Assembly: GCA_963716725.1 (NCBI GenBank)
Contig: CAVQUB010000013.1
Coordinates: forward strand, 288,001 to 352,000
Length of the DNA stretch: 64,000 nucleotides
Origin: an uncultured delta proteobacterium
GTDB lineage: Bacteria; Myxococcota_A; Polyangia; Polyangiales; Polyangiaceae
Reading direction: 5' to 3'
Positions 1-10,302 of this stretch are shown here, one piece after another (positions within the stretch are counted from its first letter, which is position 1; each line of letters begins with the position of its first letter). The notes under the pieces are model-generated. The model was not told where the DNA came from. It did no database searches and was given only the letters and a program-made list of their open reading frames with translations. Both the position numbers and the translations under genes were made by a program.

Positions 1-2
1 CC

Positions 3-356
3 GGCGGCATCGCCGCCATGCGCCACGCGCAGCGTCCCTGCGTCACGGTCGCCATGGACGAAATGTCGTTCGTATCACCGGTGCACGTCGGCGAACTGCT
101 CTGCTGCAAGGCCAGCGTGAACTTTGCTGGCAAGACTTCGGTGGAGGTCGGTGTCCACGTGCACGCGGAGAACCCCATCACGGGCCGGACCACCCACACC
201 AACTCGGCCTACCTGGTGTACGTGGCCATCGACGACGCCGGAAAGCCGTGCGCGGTGCCACCGCTGGTGATCGAGACCGACGAAGAGCGTCGTCGATGGG
301 AAGGCGCAAGTGCACGTCAAGCGACACGCCTGGCGCAGCGCAAGAAGAAGCGCTGA
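3..356 (+). CDS. acyl-CoA thioesterase (hotdog fold), 5' end truncated by window edge
   Basis: Motifs AMRHA..PCVTVAMD..F..PV.VGELL...A.V.F.GKTS.EVGV.V.AE and YVAID..GKP..VP are typical of YciA-like thioesterases; frame is open to the window start. Confidence 0.85.
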   Translation, partial: GGIAAMRHAQRPCVTVAMDEMSFVSPVHVGELLCCKASVNFAGKTSVEVGVHVHAENPITGRTTHTNSAYLVYVAIDDAGKPCAVPPLVIETDEERRRWEGASARQATRLAQRKKKR

Positions 357-397
357 CACCGCGCTCGCAGCGACGCTCGGACCAGAACGCCGACTCA

Positions 398-423
398 AGA
401 GCTGTCGAAAATTCGACAGCTCT
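398..423. terminator. perfect 12-bp-stem palindrome at MITE end between convergent genes (possible terminator)
   Basis: AGAGCTGTCGAA-AA-TTCGACAGCTCT followed by a T-rich stretch on the + strand; terminator function is inferred. Confidence 0.4.
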
Positions 424-521
424 TTCACTTTGTCATCGGGGAGGCACGCGCCTCCCCGCCCCACCGAAGTGAATTCGTTGGGGCCCCACCCCACGCGACG
501 CGCTTCGCGATACCCGACGGG

Positions 522-1988
522 CTCATGATTGATCGGATCCCATCTGGGACCGGGCAGCTCGGAAGCCGATCTCGTAGTCGAGGAGCTTCTGGTAGCCCCG
601 TCCTAACGTTTGCCACCCGGGTGCGCCGTTGTTCTTCAGATGCCCGCCGAGTCGCGCGACAGCGAATAGCGCTTGCTCAATGGTCTGCGGGACGGCCGGG
701 AGGCGGAGCTTGAACTTTATGAGGAGCAACTGGGGCTCACTCAGGATCGTTGTTGCCGGTTGCTCGGGTGCGACGCGGGCTAACGAGCGCATGAGCAACA
801 GGCGCCAGGCGATGGGCAGGAACACGGCGAGCGCGTTGCTCAGTGCCTGATACGACTCGAGCTGTCGTTTCTCGAGAGAACACCCTTGCTTGAGTGCCTT
901 GAAGAACTCTTCGATCACCCACCGACTGCGGTAACAGTCCACGACGGTCGCGAGTTCGGCGACGGTGTCAATGGGTTCGGTAGTGAGCAGCACCCACTCG
1001 ACCGACTGCTCGCCTTCTGGTGGTTGGAGTTCCCAGACTCGAACCACGTTGAGTTCGATGCTGCGCGTCTCATGTCGAGTGTTGCGGGGGCGCAGCACAG
1101 TCAAACGTTTGCCTGCCACGGCGACCTCCGCGCTCCGGGCGTTGCGAGACGGGTGCTCTTTTGCAGCATGCGCGCGACTGCTCGGTTTCCTCGATGACAC
1201 CGAGATCGTGCGAAAAAACTGCGGTTCGAGCGTTGAGATTGCACTGCGCAAGCAGATGCCTATTTCCTCAGTTACTCGGTCGTGAGCCGAACGGATGACG
1301 TAGCGCGCACCGAGTTCCTGCGCCTTCGCCAGGACCTCGAAAATGTCCGCTTCGCGGTCCATCACGTGAATGAGCGCGCTGCCGGGGCAGCGTGCATGGA
1401 CGGCCTCGAGCATGGCCGGCCAGCGCAGTGATTCGCGCTCGGGGTCTCTCCGACTGACAGACCGGCGGCGCCCGCGTCCACCCTTGTGTACGAGGCGGAC
1501 GTGTCGCTGTAGACCCAGAACTCCGAGTGGCACTCGCTCCTCGCCGGGAAGCACGGCCAGCGCCACGTGTGCGAGAAACCCCTGGCTGCCGCCGGACGTG
1601 ACGCCCAACCCAGCTCGCCGACTGGCGCCGCCGAGCGATACTTCGGTCGTATCGTGCGCGACGATACACAGGCCAGCGGAACTCACACGCTCCACCGTCG
1701 CCGACAGGTGCGGGTCAAGGATCTGCTCCGCGTCGAACTGCTCGTTGCGCAGGAATCGGTAGACTCCCTCAAGCTCGGACGGAGTGTCGACAGCCTGCGG
1801 AAACCCAACACCGGGCGCCGCCATCAGTTTCTCAGCGAGCCAACCGAGCCTGTCACTGCGCCGCTTATCGCCGAGCTGAGAGCCCTCGAACTCGTCCGAA
1901 ATCGACCGCCCTAACCATTCTGTTGCCGGCATTTCTCCCGTAGATCACACGCGCCGTCCGCTCGCAATGAGATGTGTTTGATCATGAG
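522..1988 (-). mobile_element. IS4-family insertion sequence (IS50/Tn5-like)
   Basis: Ends CTCATGATTGATCGGATCC and (rev-comp) CTCATGATCAAACACATCT resemble IS50 inside/outside ends; flanked by 8-bp direct repeat CCGACGGG (514-521, 1989-1996); single transposase ORF. Confidence 0.9.
523..1932 (-). CDS. IS4-family DDE transposase
   Basis: 469 aa; Tn5-like N-terminus LGDKRRSDRL; DDE motifs HDTT, MDREADI, YRSRWVIEEFFKALKQG (YREK); C-terminal VARLGG..PGWQTL.RG. Confidence 0.95.
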   Translation of the reverse strand: MPATEWLGRSISDEFEGSQLGDKRRSDRLGWLAEKLMAAPGVGFPQAVDTPSELEGVYRFLRNEQFDAEQILDPHLSATVERVSSAGLCIVAHDTTEVSLGGASRRAGLGVTSGGSQGFLAHVALAVLPGEERVPLGVLGLQRHVRLVHKGGRGRRRSVSRRDPERESLRWPAMLEAVHARCPGSALIHVMDREADIFEVLAKAQELGARYVIRSAHDRVTEEIGICLRSAISTLEPQFFRTISVSSRKPSSRAHAAKEHPSRNARSAEVAVAGKRLTVLRPRNTRHETRSIELNVVRVWELQPPEGEQSVEWVLLTTEPIDTVAELATVVDCYRSRWVIEEFFKALKQGCSLEKRQLESYQALSNALAVFLPIAWRLLLMRSLARVAPEQPATTILSEPQLLLIKFKLRLPAVPQTIEQALFAVARLGGHLKNNGAPGWQTLGRGYQKLLDYEIGFRAARSQMGSDQS

Positions 1989-2043
1989 CCGACGGGGTGG
2001 GCCGGCTCCGCCGGCCTGCGCTCCGCCATTCTTCGACAGACCT

Positions 2044-2919
2044 TCAGCGCAACATGCCAGGCAGCACGCAGCGTACCGCCGCCGTGGTAGCCGGCTCGTC
2101 CACCGGGTGTGGTCGTGGCGGCCCCGGACGCTGACACGTCAGCGCGAACCCGAGCACGGACGACGCCGATGCGACGCTGCGCGCCGCGCAGGGCAGCTTG
2201 CCTCGAGTCGCATCCCAATCGAAGCCCGGCGCGGGACAGCTCTCTCCAACGTCGAGCAGCGTCACCCCGGCGTCAGTCGCGAAGGGTGCGGCGCCGCACT
2301 GCACGATGGTGTCCCAGGGGATCGCACGCCGCTCTCCGCTGGGGTACATGCCGACCCGGCATTTGGCGACAGTCGGGGTTTCACAGGGCTCCTCGCTGAC
2401 CCACTCTGCCAGGCGAGTCAGCTCGAAGTGCGGCGGTTCAGTGGGTGACTGGCTGACGATCACGGCGGCCAGTCCGAGGCTCACCTCAGCCCGCGCTCGC
2501 TCGGCGCGCGTCGGGAGGCGACCGGCGAAGCGCATGTAGCACCAGCCCTGGGCGCTGTTGGCGTCGGTGACGAACGCCGACGTGCTCGGGACCTGGTCCG
2601 GCGTACGAGGGTCACCAGCCGTCGGGTGATGGAGCGGAGTGACGCTGGGGCAGCGCAGGGTCGCGTTCTCGCCCTTCGCGCAAGTCAGCGCATGGGCAGC
2701 GATCCAGAAGGGTTCGAAGGCCAGGCCGGGGACCGGCAGATCCTTGGGGCACAGCTTCGAGAATGGGATCCCGAGCTTCTCGGTGGTGCGTGGCTCGCAC
2801 TCGGCTGCGGGCGCGTCCGCTGCGTCACGAGCTTCTGTGCGGGGGTCGTTGTCACAACTACGGCAGCCCGAGAGCGTGAGCGCGAGCAGCGCGCATGGGA
2901 GCACCGACCCGCGAATCAT
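2044..2919 (-). CDS. Cys-rich lipoprotein with degenerate FGE/SUMF1-like motifs
   Basis: ATG at 2919 overlaps the upstream stop (ATGA); lipobox LALTLSGC; AQGWC...GRLPTRAE and LAEWV echo the FGE-sulfatase signature. Confidence 0.6.
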   Translation of the reverse strand: MIRGSVLPCALLALTLSGCRSCDNDPRTEARDAADAPAAECEPRTTEKLGIPFSKLCPKDLPVPGLAFEPFWIAAHALTCAKGENATLRCPSVTPLHHPTAGDPRTPDQVPSTSAFVTDANSAQGWCYMRFAGRLPTRAERARAEVSLGLAAVIVSQSPTEPPHFELTRLAEWVSEEPCETPTVAKCRVGMYPSGERRAIPWDTIVQCGAAPFATDAGVTLLDVGESCPAPGFDWDATRGKLPCAARSVASASSVLGFALTCQRPGPPRPHPVDEPATTAAVRCVLPGMLR

Positions 2920-3608
2920 CCCTCCACGGGCTCCGCTGGACTCGACGTTGCCCGGGCTCGTTGGGCCTTGCGGATGCGCAGCCGTCCGATGACGAGATGA
3001 GCGATCGCGACCACCAAGATACCCGTCGCGAACCCGGCCAGGAGGTAGCTGCCCGTCCCCGGGTAGGCGTGGGTCGCAAAGTTTCCAACTTGCTTGTGTC
3101 CCCACATGGCCGGCATGAACGGCGCCACCGTGATCGGTGCGTCCGGCGACAAATCGTGACCGTAGGAGTGCATCTTGTGCACGAAGCGAAAGATCGAGAA
3201 CCCACCGAAATAGATCACCAGCACGGCTAAATCGACCAGTGCGCGCACGTTGCCCAGGGCGGCGACCCGCACCAAGAGCAGCCCCAGCGCGCCAAACCCG
3301 AAGGGCAGCCAGTCGAGCTCGGTGAACATTGCGCGCTCGAGCTTCTGCATGCCGATGTAGTGGTTCAGGATGTTGATCTCTTTGATGTCTGCGCCGTCGT
3401 GCCCGCCGACGATGGTATGCGCGAATACGTGAAGCGACAGGCCCTTGGGGTACTGCGGAGCCTGCATTTCGATGTGCCAGAGCGGGTGCATCAAGCCGAT
3501 GACGAGGGGTATCAGCAGCAGCAGCAGGATCGGCCGCGACCACAGGTACACCGGCTCGTCGACGAAGGCGTAAAACCCATCCAGCGCCCGCTTGATCCGC
3601 TCCCTCAT
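2916..3608 (-). CDS. NosB-like 4-TM membrane protein (family usually found in clade II nos clusters)
   Basis: PLW.I.M.APQYP.GL, EINILNHYIGM, YGHDLSPDAPI...PF.P...G.KQVGNF...YP..G motifs; four hydrophobic segments. Confidence 0.7.
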   Translation of the reverse strand: MRERIKRALDGFYAFVDEPVYLWSRPILLLLLIPLVIGLMHPLWHIEMQAPQYPKGLSLHVFAHTIVGGHDGADIKEINILNHYIGMQKLERAMFTELDWLPFGFGALGLLLVRVAALGNVRALVDLAVLVIYFGGFSIFRFVHKMHSYGHDLSPDAPITVAPFMPAMWGHKQVGNFATHAYPGTGSYLLAGFATGILVVAIAHLVIGRLRIRKAQRARATSSPAEPVEG

Positions 3609-3649
3609 CCGGGCATCTTCGCACCAATCCCCGGGAGGTTCGAGGGGGG

Positions 3650-5422
3650 TCAGCGCGGACCTACGCCGAGGGCCGCGACCGCGGCCAAGCGTACGTCGGC
3701 GTGCTGGCTCTCGACGGCCCGGGCCAGCGCAATTCGTGCGCCCTCCGTCTTCATCCGACGCAGCACCCGGACCAACTCGACCCCCAGCTCTCGAGGTGCT
3801 TGGGCGAACAGGTCACCGATCTGCTCTTCGTATCCGGCGCTGCTGCGCGCCAAGTAGGCCCGCAAGATGTCCTTGAGTTCACCGTCGGGCACCGCGGTCA
3901 GGTTCTCGAGCACTACGCCCGCGTGCGCGTCGCCCAAGAAGTCGACCAACATGCCGATGGCCGCCGCGCTCACCGCGCGATCGACCCCGGGGGTAGCCGC
4001 GTTCGCGAGCAGCGCGCCCAGAGCCCGCGTGGACACCACCGCGCTGGCGAACGACCGACGGACTGCATCATTGTCGAATTGGCTGGCGTCATCGACGGCG
4101 TTGCACAAAGCCAAGAGCAGGTGCATCGCCGCGTCGGGAGCCCGGGTCGCAAGTCGACGCAGGCCGGTGCGGATGGGTTCGGTGACGGACTCGGTGGTGC
4201 CCTGCGGGATCGCCCGCCGGTACGCCCGCACGACCGACTCGGCGAAACGCTCGTCCACGATCGACTCGGCCTCGACGCGACGCGAGATGGGCTTGCTCGT
4301 CGGTGACGGTCGCTCGACACCGGGAGCAGAGGGAGACCCGTCCCCCGCGCGCGGCAGAGGTTCGGGCTCGAGCAAGTCGTCGAGATCGACCTCGACTTCA
4401 TCCCCGATCTCGATCTCGACTTCGTCGGTCACCACCGGCGATGACGTCTGGGATGGCTCCACGTCGCCGGCCACCGTGGCCGCTTCGTAGGCTGACGGGG
4501 GCGGCGGCCTCGACCCGGTACCCGCGCGCTCGACCAGGCCGCTGTCACCGATTTCGCGCCGTACGACCCGGAGCACGCCCAGCATCGTCTCGGCGTCCGG
4601 GAAGCGTCGCTTGGGATCGAAGGCCAGCGCTCGATCGACCAGGCGCACCAATGAGAGCGGTGCCTTGGCCACCCGAGCCAGCGACGGCGCCGACATGGTC
4701 GCCGCTCGAATCAACAACTCGCTGCCCATTCCGGAGCCGTGCACCAGGCGGCCGCTCAAGAGCAGAAACAGTAGCGCGCCAACCGCCCAGAGATCCGTGC
4801 GCGCATCTACTTCGGACCAACGGCCCAGCGCTTGCTCCGGCGCCATGAACGACGGAGTGCCCATGATGATCCCGGTGCGCGTCTGACCGCGATCGTTGGC
4901 TTGGTCGAGCATGCGCGCGATGCCAAAGTCCAGCACCTTGATCTCGCCGTCGGAGGTGAGAAACACGTTCTCGGGTTTGAGATCTCGGTGCACGATCCCG
5001 AGCCCGTGAGCGACGACCAAGACCTCGACCACGTGCTCAGCGACGTGAAGCGCGTCCCGGACGGTCAGCCGCCCTCGCTGCTGTTCGAGCAACTGGTCGA
5101 TGGACTGACCCCGCAAGAGTTCCATCAAGATGTAGGGCTCGCCATCGTGGCTCGTACCGTCGCCTCGGATGGCAACCACGCCGGGGTGCTCGATCTTGTT
5201 GGCGATGTACGCCTCGCGCTGGAAGCGGGACCTCACCACCGGCGTCTTGGAGAGATGGTGGTGGATGAGCTTGATGGCCGCGCGCTCGCCAGAGCCGTCG
5301 ACGGCGGCGTAGACCGCCGCCATGCCGCCTATTCCGAGCAGACGCCGGAGTTGCCAGGTTCCGTCGATGACGGCACCGAGCCTACGCTCACAGCGCGAAA
5401 GGAGCTCGTCGTCGGAAGGCAT
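3650..5422 (-). CDS. Hanks-type Ser/Thr protein kinase with C-terminal helical (HEAT-like) region
   Basis: [34 protein letters not shown]. Confidence 0.92.
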   Translation of the reverse strand: MPSDDELLSRCERRLGAVIDGTWQLRRLLGIGGMAAVYAAVDGSGERAAIKLIHHHLSKTPVVRSRFQREAYIANKIEHPGVVAIRGDGTSHDGEPYILMELLRGQSIDQLLEQQRGRLTVRDALHVAEHVVEVLVVAHGLGIVHRDLKPENVFLTSDGEIKVLDFGIARMLDQANDRGQTRTGIIMGTPSFMAPEQALGRWSEVDARTDLWAVGALLFLLLSGRLVHGSGMGSELLIRAATMSAPSLARVAKAPLSLVRLVDRALAFDPKRRFPDAETMLGVLRVVRREIGDSGLVERAGTGSRPPPPSAYEAATVAGDVEPSQTSSPVVTDEVEIEIGDEVEVDLDDLLEPEPLPRAGDGSPSAPGVERPSPTSKPISRRVEAESIVDERFAESVVRAYRRAIPQGTTESVTEPIRTGLRRLATRAPDAAMHLLLALCNAVDDASQFDNDAVRRSFASAVVSTRALGALLANAATPGVDRAVSAAAIGMLVDFLGDAHAGVVLENLTAVPDGELKDILRAYLARSSAGYEEQIGDLFAQAPRELGVELVRVLRRMKTEGARIALARAVESQHADVRLAAVAALGVGPR

Positions 5423-5653
5423 GCTCGGGGATCGGAGCCAGTCTACCCAGCCTCGCTTCGCTCCGTGGTGCAGATCCTACGGCTCCGCCAGGGCGGCCTA
5501 GAAAACCCGCGGAATTGGTGGTTTTTGTGGGCCAAGCGCCGGCGGGACGCTTGGCCCTGGCGTGCTCGGGCACGAGGCATTAGCTTCCAGCGACTTTTCG
5601 CGGTCTGCCGTCGCCGTTGGGGCGCCGGGACGACACGCAAATAGAGAGTCTCG

Positions 5654-8600
5654 ATGCTCACTTGGGTAGCGAAAAAGCTGTTCGGAACCTCCAACGAACG
5701 CGCGGTCAAGCGCATGCGGCCCATCGTCGCGGCGGTCGGCGACCTCGAGAAGACCATCTCGCAGCTGACGGACGCCGAGCTCAAGGCCAAGACGGCGGAG
5801 TTCAAGGAGAAGCTCGACAACGGGGCGACGCTGGACGACATCCTGATCGACGCCTTTGCAGTCTGCCGCGAGGGCGGCAAGCGCGCGCTCAAGATGCGCC
5901 ACTACGACGTCCAGCTGATGGGCGGCATCGTGCTGCACCAGGGCAAGATCGCCGAGATGCGAACCGGCGAGGGCAAGACGCTGGTCGCTACCCTCCCCAT
6001 CTACTTGAACGCGCTCGCCGGCAAGGGCGTGCACCTGATCACGGTGAACGACTATCTCGCGAAGCGTGACGCCGAGTGGATGGGACGTCTCTACAACTTC
6101 TTGGGGCTAACCATCGGCGTCGTGATCCCGCAGCAGAGCGACGCCGACAAGAAGCGAGCCTACAAGTGCGACATCACCTACGGGCAGAACAACGAGTTTG
6201 GCTTCGACTATCTGCGCGACAACCTGAAGTTCTCGGCCCTCGACTATGCCCAGCGGCCGCTCCACTTCGCAATCGTGGACGAAGTGGACTCGATCTTGAT
6301 CGACGAGGCACGCACGCCGCTGATCATCAGCGGGCCAGCCGACGCTGCCAGCGAGAAGTACCGGACCTTGAACGAGGTCGTGGCGAAGCTGCACAAGGAC
6401 GAGCACTACAACGTCGACGAGAAAGCCTTCAGCGCCACGCTGACGGACGACGGCGTCGAGTACGTGCAGAAGCTGGTCGGGATCGGCAACCTGTACGACC
6501 CGGCGAACATGCAGACCTTGCACATCCTGAATCAGCTGCTGAAAGCCCACGCGCTCTACAAGCGCGATCAGCACTACATGGTGAGCCCCGACGGCAAGGT
6601 CCTGATCATCGACGAGTTCACGGGGCGCGTGCTGGCAGGGCGTCGCTGGAGCGACGGCTTGCACCAGGCGGTCGAGGCCAAGGAGAACGTGCGGATCCAG
6701 GAAGAGAGTCGCACGATCGCGACCATTACCTTCCAGAACCTGTTCCGCATGTACAAGAAGCTCGGCGGCATGACCGGCACCGCCGAGACCGAGGCCAGCG
6801 AGTTCCACTCCACCTACAAGCTCGACTGCGTCACCATCCCCACCAACAAGGACATGATCCGGCTCGACGAGCACGACATCGTCTACAAGACCGAGCGCGA
6901 GAAGTTCACGGCGGTGATCAAGGAGATCCTGGCCGAGCACGAGGCGGGTCGCCCGGTGCTCGTGGGCACGACCAGCGTCGAGAAGAGCGCAGCCATCAGC
7001 AAGATCCTCACGAAGAAGAGCGTCGCCGCACCACGTGCTGAACGCCAAGCACCACGAGAACGAGGCCTTCGTCGTGGCGCAGGCCGGCCGCAAAGGCGCC
7101 ATCACGGTCAGCACCAACATGGCCGGACGCGGCACGGACATCGTCTTGGGTGGCAACCCAGAGATGCTCGCAAAGTGGGAGCTCAAGGAGAACGGGAAGG
7201 ACATCGACCTCGACGCCGAGGACTACGACCGGCTCTCGAAGAAGTACGAGAAGCTCTGCAAAGAAGAGCACGACGAGGTCGTCGAACTCGGCGGCCTGCA
7301 CATCGTCGGAACGGAGCGACACGAGTCGCGTCGCATCGACAACCAGCTCCGCGGTCGCGCCGGTCGCCAGGGTGACCCGGGCTCGAGCCGCTTCTACCTC
7401 TCGCTCGAAGACGACCTGATGCGCATCTTCGCCGGCGACCGCGTGAAGAACTTGATGGATCGCATGGGCATGCCCGACGACGAGCCCATCGAGCATCCGT
7501 GGGTCACCAAGAGCATCGAGAACGCGCAGAAGAAGGTCGAGGAGCGCAACTTCGACATCCGCAAGAACCTGCTCGAGTACGACGACGTGATGAACGCGCA
7601 GCGCAAGACCGTGTACTCGCTGCGGCAGCAGCTGCTCTTTGGCCGCTACGAACCCGAAGAGCTCGACGAAGTCGGCAAGCCCACGGGCGGGGTGCGCGCC
7701 ATCGCCATGGACAAGCCCATCAAGAAGCAGACCCGCCCTCTGGTCGGCAAGCTGCTCACCTATTTCGTCGACCCACCGGTCACCGCGTCGGGGGAAGGCG
7801 GCAGTGACGAAGAGGACGACGGCGACGAAGCGAAGGGCGCTCCGGCACCGAAGCGCAAGGACTTCGAGAAGGCCGAGAAGCTCGTCGAGCTCGAGGCCCT
7901 GCAGCGCGAGGTCTACCAGCTCTGGGGCGTCCGCATCGAGATCGAGGACCGCTCCAAGAAGTGGACGCCCATCCAGATGTACGACGAGCTGGTCGAGCTC
8001 GTGGCCCAAGGCCTCTCGGAGCAGCGGGAACGCATGCTCGACGTCATCGACCGCGTGATCGCCGCCATTGTCGAAGAGAGCTGCCCCGAGAACAAGCCGC
8101 CCGAAGACTGGGATTGGGCCAGCGTCCGCGATGGCCTGATGGAGAACTTCAAGATCAAGGCCGGAGCCGAACTCGAGGACTACGGAGACCCCGATTTGCT
8201 GGTGCGCGACCTCTACAAGCAGGGCGAGCAACAGTACCTGGAGCGCGAGAAAGACCTCGGCGTCGACAACGCCATGCGCGTGTTCCGCTACATCTACCTC
8301 GAAACCATCGACCAAGCCTGGGTCGACCACCTGACCAACATGGAGCATTTGCGCGACGGCATCGGCCTGCGCGGCTACGGGCAGAAGGACCCGAAGAACG
8401 AGTACAAGAAGGAGGGTTACAACCTCTTCTTGAACATGATGGCGAAGGTCAGCGGCGCCGTGTTGCAGCGCTTCTTCGAGGCCCAGATCCAGCGTCCCGA
8501 GGACATCGAGGCCATCGAAGCCGAAGCGGCGGCGGAGCACCAGAGATCTGCTCGAGCACGCCGTGGCTCGACACGCCAGGGCTTCATCCGAATCCGTCGA

Positions 8601-8796
8601 AGATGCGCTGGCTCGCGGCGGAGCACGTCCGCAGTCCGTTCCGCCCCCGCGCCCTGCGCCTGCGCCGGCCGCGCCCAAGATCGGACGCAACGACCTCTGC
8701 CCTTGCGGCAGCGGACAGAAGTTCAAGAAGTGTCACGGCGACATGCTCGAAGAGGACGGCGAGAGCGGCGACGACGACGAGCAGCCGCGAGCGTGA
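5654..8796 (+). CDS. secA: preprotein translocase SecA (two apparent single-base frameshifts near 7025 and 8545)
   Basis: [59 protein letters not shown] and SEC-C motif [19 protein letters not shown] spread over ORFs 5654-7375, 7035-8888 and 8563-8796. Confidence 0.97.
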
Positions 8797-8920
8797 TCGC
8801 GGTGCGCCCTGCTGCGCGCGCGAGGATCCACATGCGTCCAACCTGCCTCAACTGCGCGAGACTCATCAGCGACTCATTCGGCGCTTGAAAGTTTTGCGGA
8901 CGCCGCTACCTTCGTCAGTC

Positions 8921-10193
8921 ATGCGGCGCGCGATCCTCGGGCTGGTTGGGTTCTCTTTCGCCTCGCTCTCGGGCTGTGCGCAAGCAGGAGGCGCAGGCGG
9001 CGGCTTGGGAGGCGCGGCTGGCTCGGGCGGCTTCACCGGCATTGGCGGCGCCGGCGGCTCGAGCGCAGGCGGCGGCGCCGGCGGCTCGAGCGCAGGCGGC
9101 GGCGCAGGCGGCTCGAGCGCAGGCGGCGGCGCCGGCGGTGCGGGCGGCGGGGCAGCCGGCGTGGGTGGCACCAACGTCGGTGGAACCTCGGGCTCCGGCG
9201 CGACGGGCGGGACCACCTCGACCGGGGGCAGCGGGGGCAGCACGGGCGGTAGCGGCGGATCCGGAGGCACCGGCGGCAGCGGCGGAATCCGGCGGCACCG
9301 GCGGCAGCGGGGGCAGCACGGGCGGTAGCGGCGGATCCGGAGGCACCGGCGGCAGCGGGGGCACCGCGCCAAAGAGCGATTGCTGCACAGAGACGCCGTA
9401 CGTGACCGGCTGCACCAACTCGACGGTGCAAGCCTGCGTCTGCGCCCAAGACTCGTACTGCTGCACCCTCGAGTGGGACTCGGTATGTGCCGGCGAGACA
9501 CTCTTGTACAAATGCGGCACCTGCCCGACGCCCGCCGACTGCTGTAGCGCTGGCAAGTGCTCCAGCGACGCGGTCACAGAGTGCGTCGGCGACAGTGACA
9601 GCGCCTGCCTCACGACGTGGAGCGCAAGCTGCGCGGCAAAGGTCGCGTCGCTCGGCTGTGGCAGCTGCGGAGGTCCACCAGTGACGCCGTCAGTCTGGAT
9701 CAACGAGCTGCACTACGACAACGCCAGCACGGACACCGGTGAAGGCGTGGAAGTCGCCGGCACCGCGGGCACCGATCTCACCGGTTGGTCCCTGGTCTTC
9801 TACAACGGGGCGCCAACTCAGCTGAAGCAGTACATGTCGAAGACGCTGTCGGGCACGATCCCGAGTCAATCGAACGGCTACGGGACGGTTTGGGCCGCAG
9901 CCGCGAACATGCAGAACGGCGGCGCGGACACGACGCCCGAGCCGGATGGCGTCGCGCTCGTGGACAAGGCCGGCAAGGTGGTGCAGTTCTTGTCGTACGA
10001 GGGCAAGTTCACTCCCACCGACGGTCCCGCGACGGGCATGAGCTCCGTCGACGTCGGCAAGAGCGAACTGTCGACGACGCCCGCGGGTCAGTCGCTCGGG
10101 CTCACCGGCAGTGGCAAGAAGTACTCGGACTTCACCTGGTCCGGCCCCGCGACGTCCACCCCCGGACAGCCCAACACCGGGCAGAGCTTCTGA
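8921..10193 (+). CDS. lipoprotein: Gly/Ser linker, Cys-rich repeats, C-terminal lamin-tail-like domain (frameshift near 9287)
   Basis: Lipobox SLSGC; CC......GC....CVC.QD.YCC...WD..C motif; VWINELHYDN....GEGVEVAG...DLTGWSLV.YNG; C-terminal STPGQPN. Confidence 0.75.
9043..9365 (+). repeat. coding tandem repeats (27-nt GGAGGSSAG units and a longer duplicated GGSGG unit)
   Basis: GGCGGCTCGAGCGCAGGCGGCGGCGC three times; GCAGCGGGGGCAGCACGGGCGGTAGCGGCGGATCCGGAGGCACCGGCGGCAGC twice. Confidence 0.85.
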
Positions 10194-10302
10194 GCCGCTC
10201 CCTGTGCGAGGGTCTGGAAAGGCCGGACCGACGATACCGAGCGCTTCGCCGAGGTCGAGCGCCGTCTGGCGCGGCTCGAAGCGCGCGTCGGGGTCTGAAC
10301 GC

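Larger units (their letters stand above)
398..2043 (-). mobile_element. 179-bp MITE-like element, copy 1 (398-521 + 1989-2043), interrupted by an IS4 element
   Basis: The joined halves match the reverse complement of 41192-41370 with 5 mismatches in 179 bp; imperfect terminal inverted repeats AGGTCTGTCGAAGAAT / AGAGCTGTCGAAAATT; flanked by TCA at 395-397 and 2044-2046. Confidence 0.85.

Noticed and set aside
2044..3627. 527-aa ORF as listed in the track
   Set aside because: The N-terminal half overlaps the NosB-like gene in another frame; the true start is most likely ATG 2919 with a lipobox
7015..7040. Programmed frameshift or split secA
   Set aside because: No slippery heptamer; secA is essential, and similar single-base shifts recur across the window, so sequencing error is the simpler explanation
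9043..9365. Repeat array (CRISPR-like or VNTR phase-variation locus)
   Set aside because: Units encode an in-frame Gly/Ser linker, have no unique spacers, and no cas genes are present
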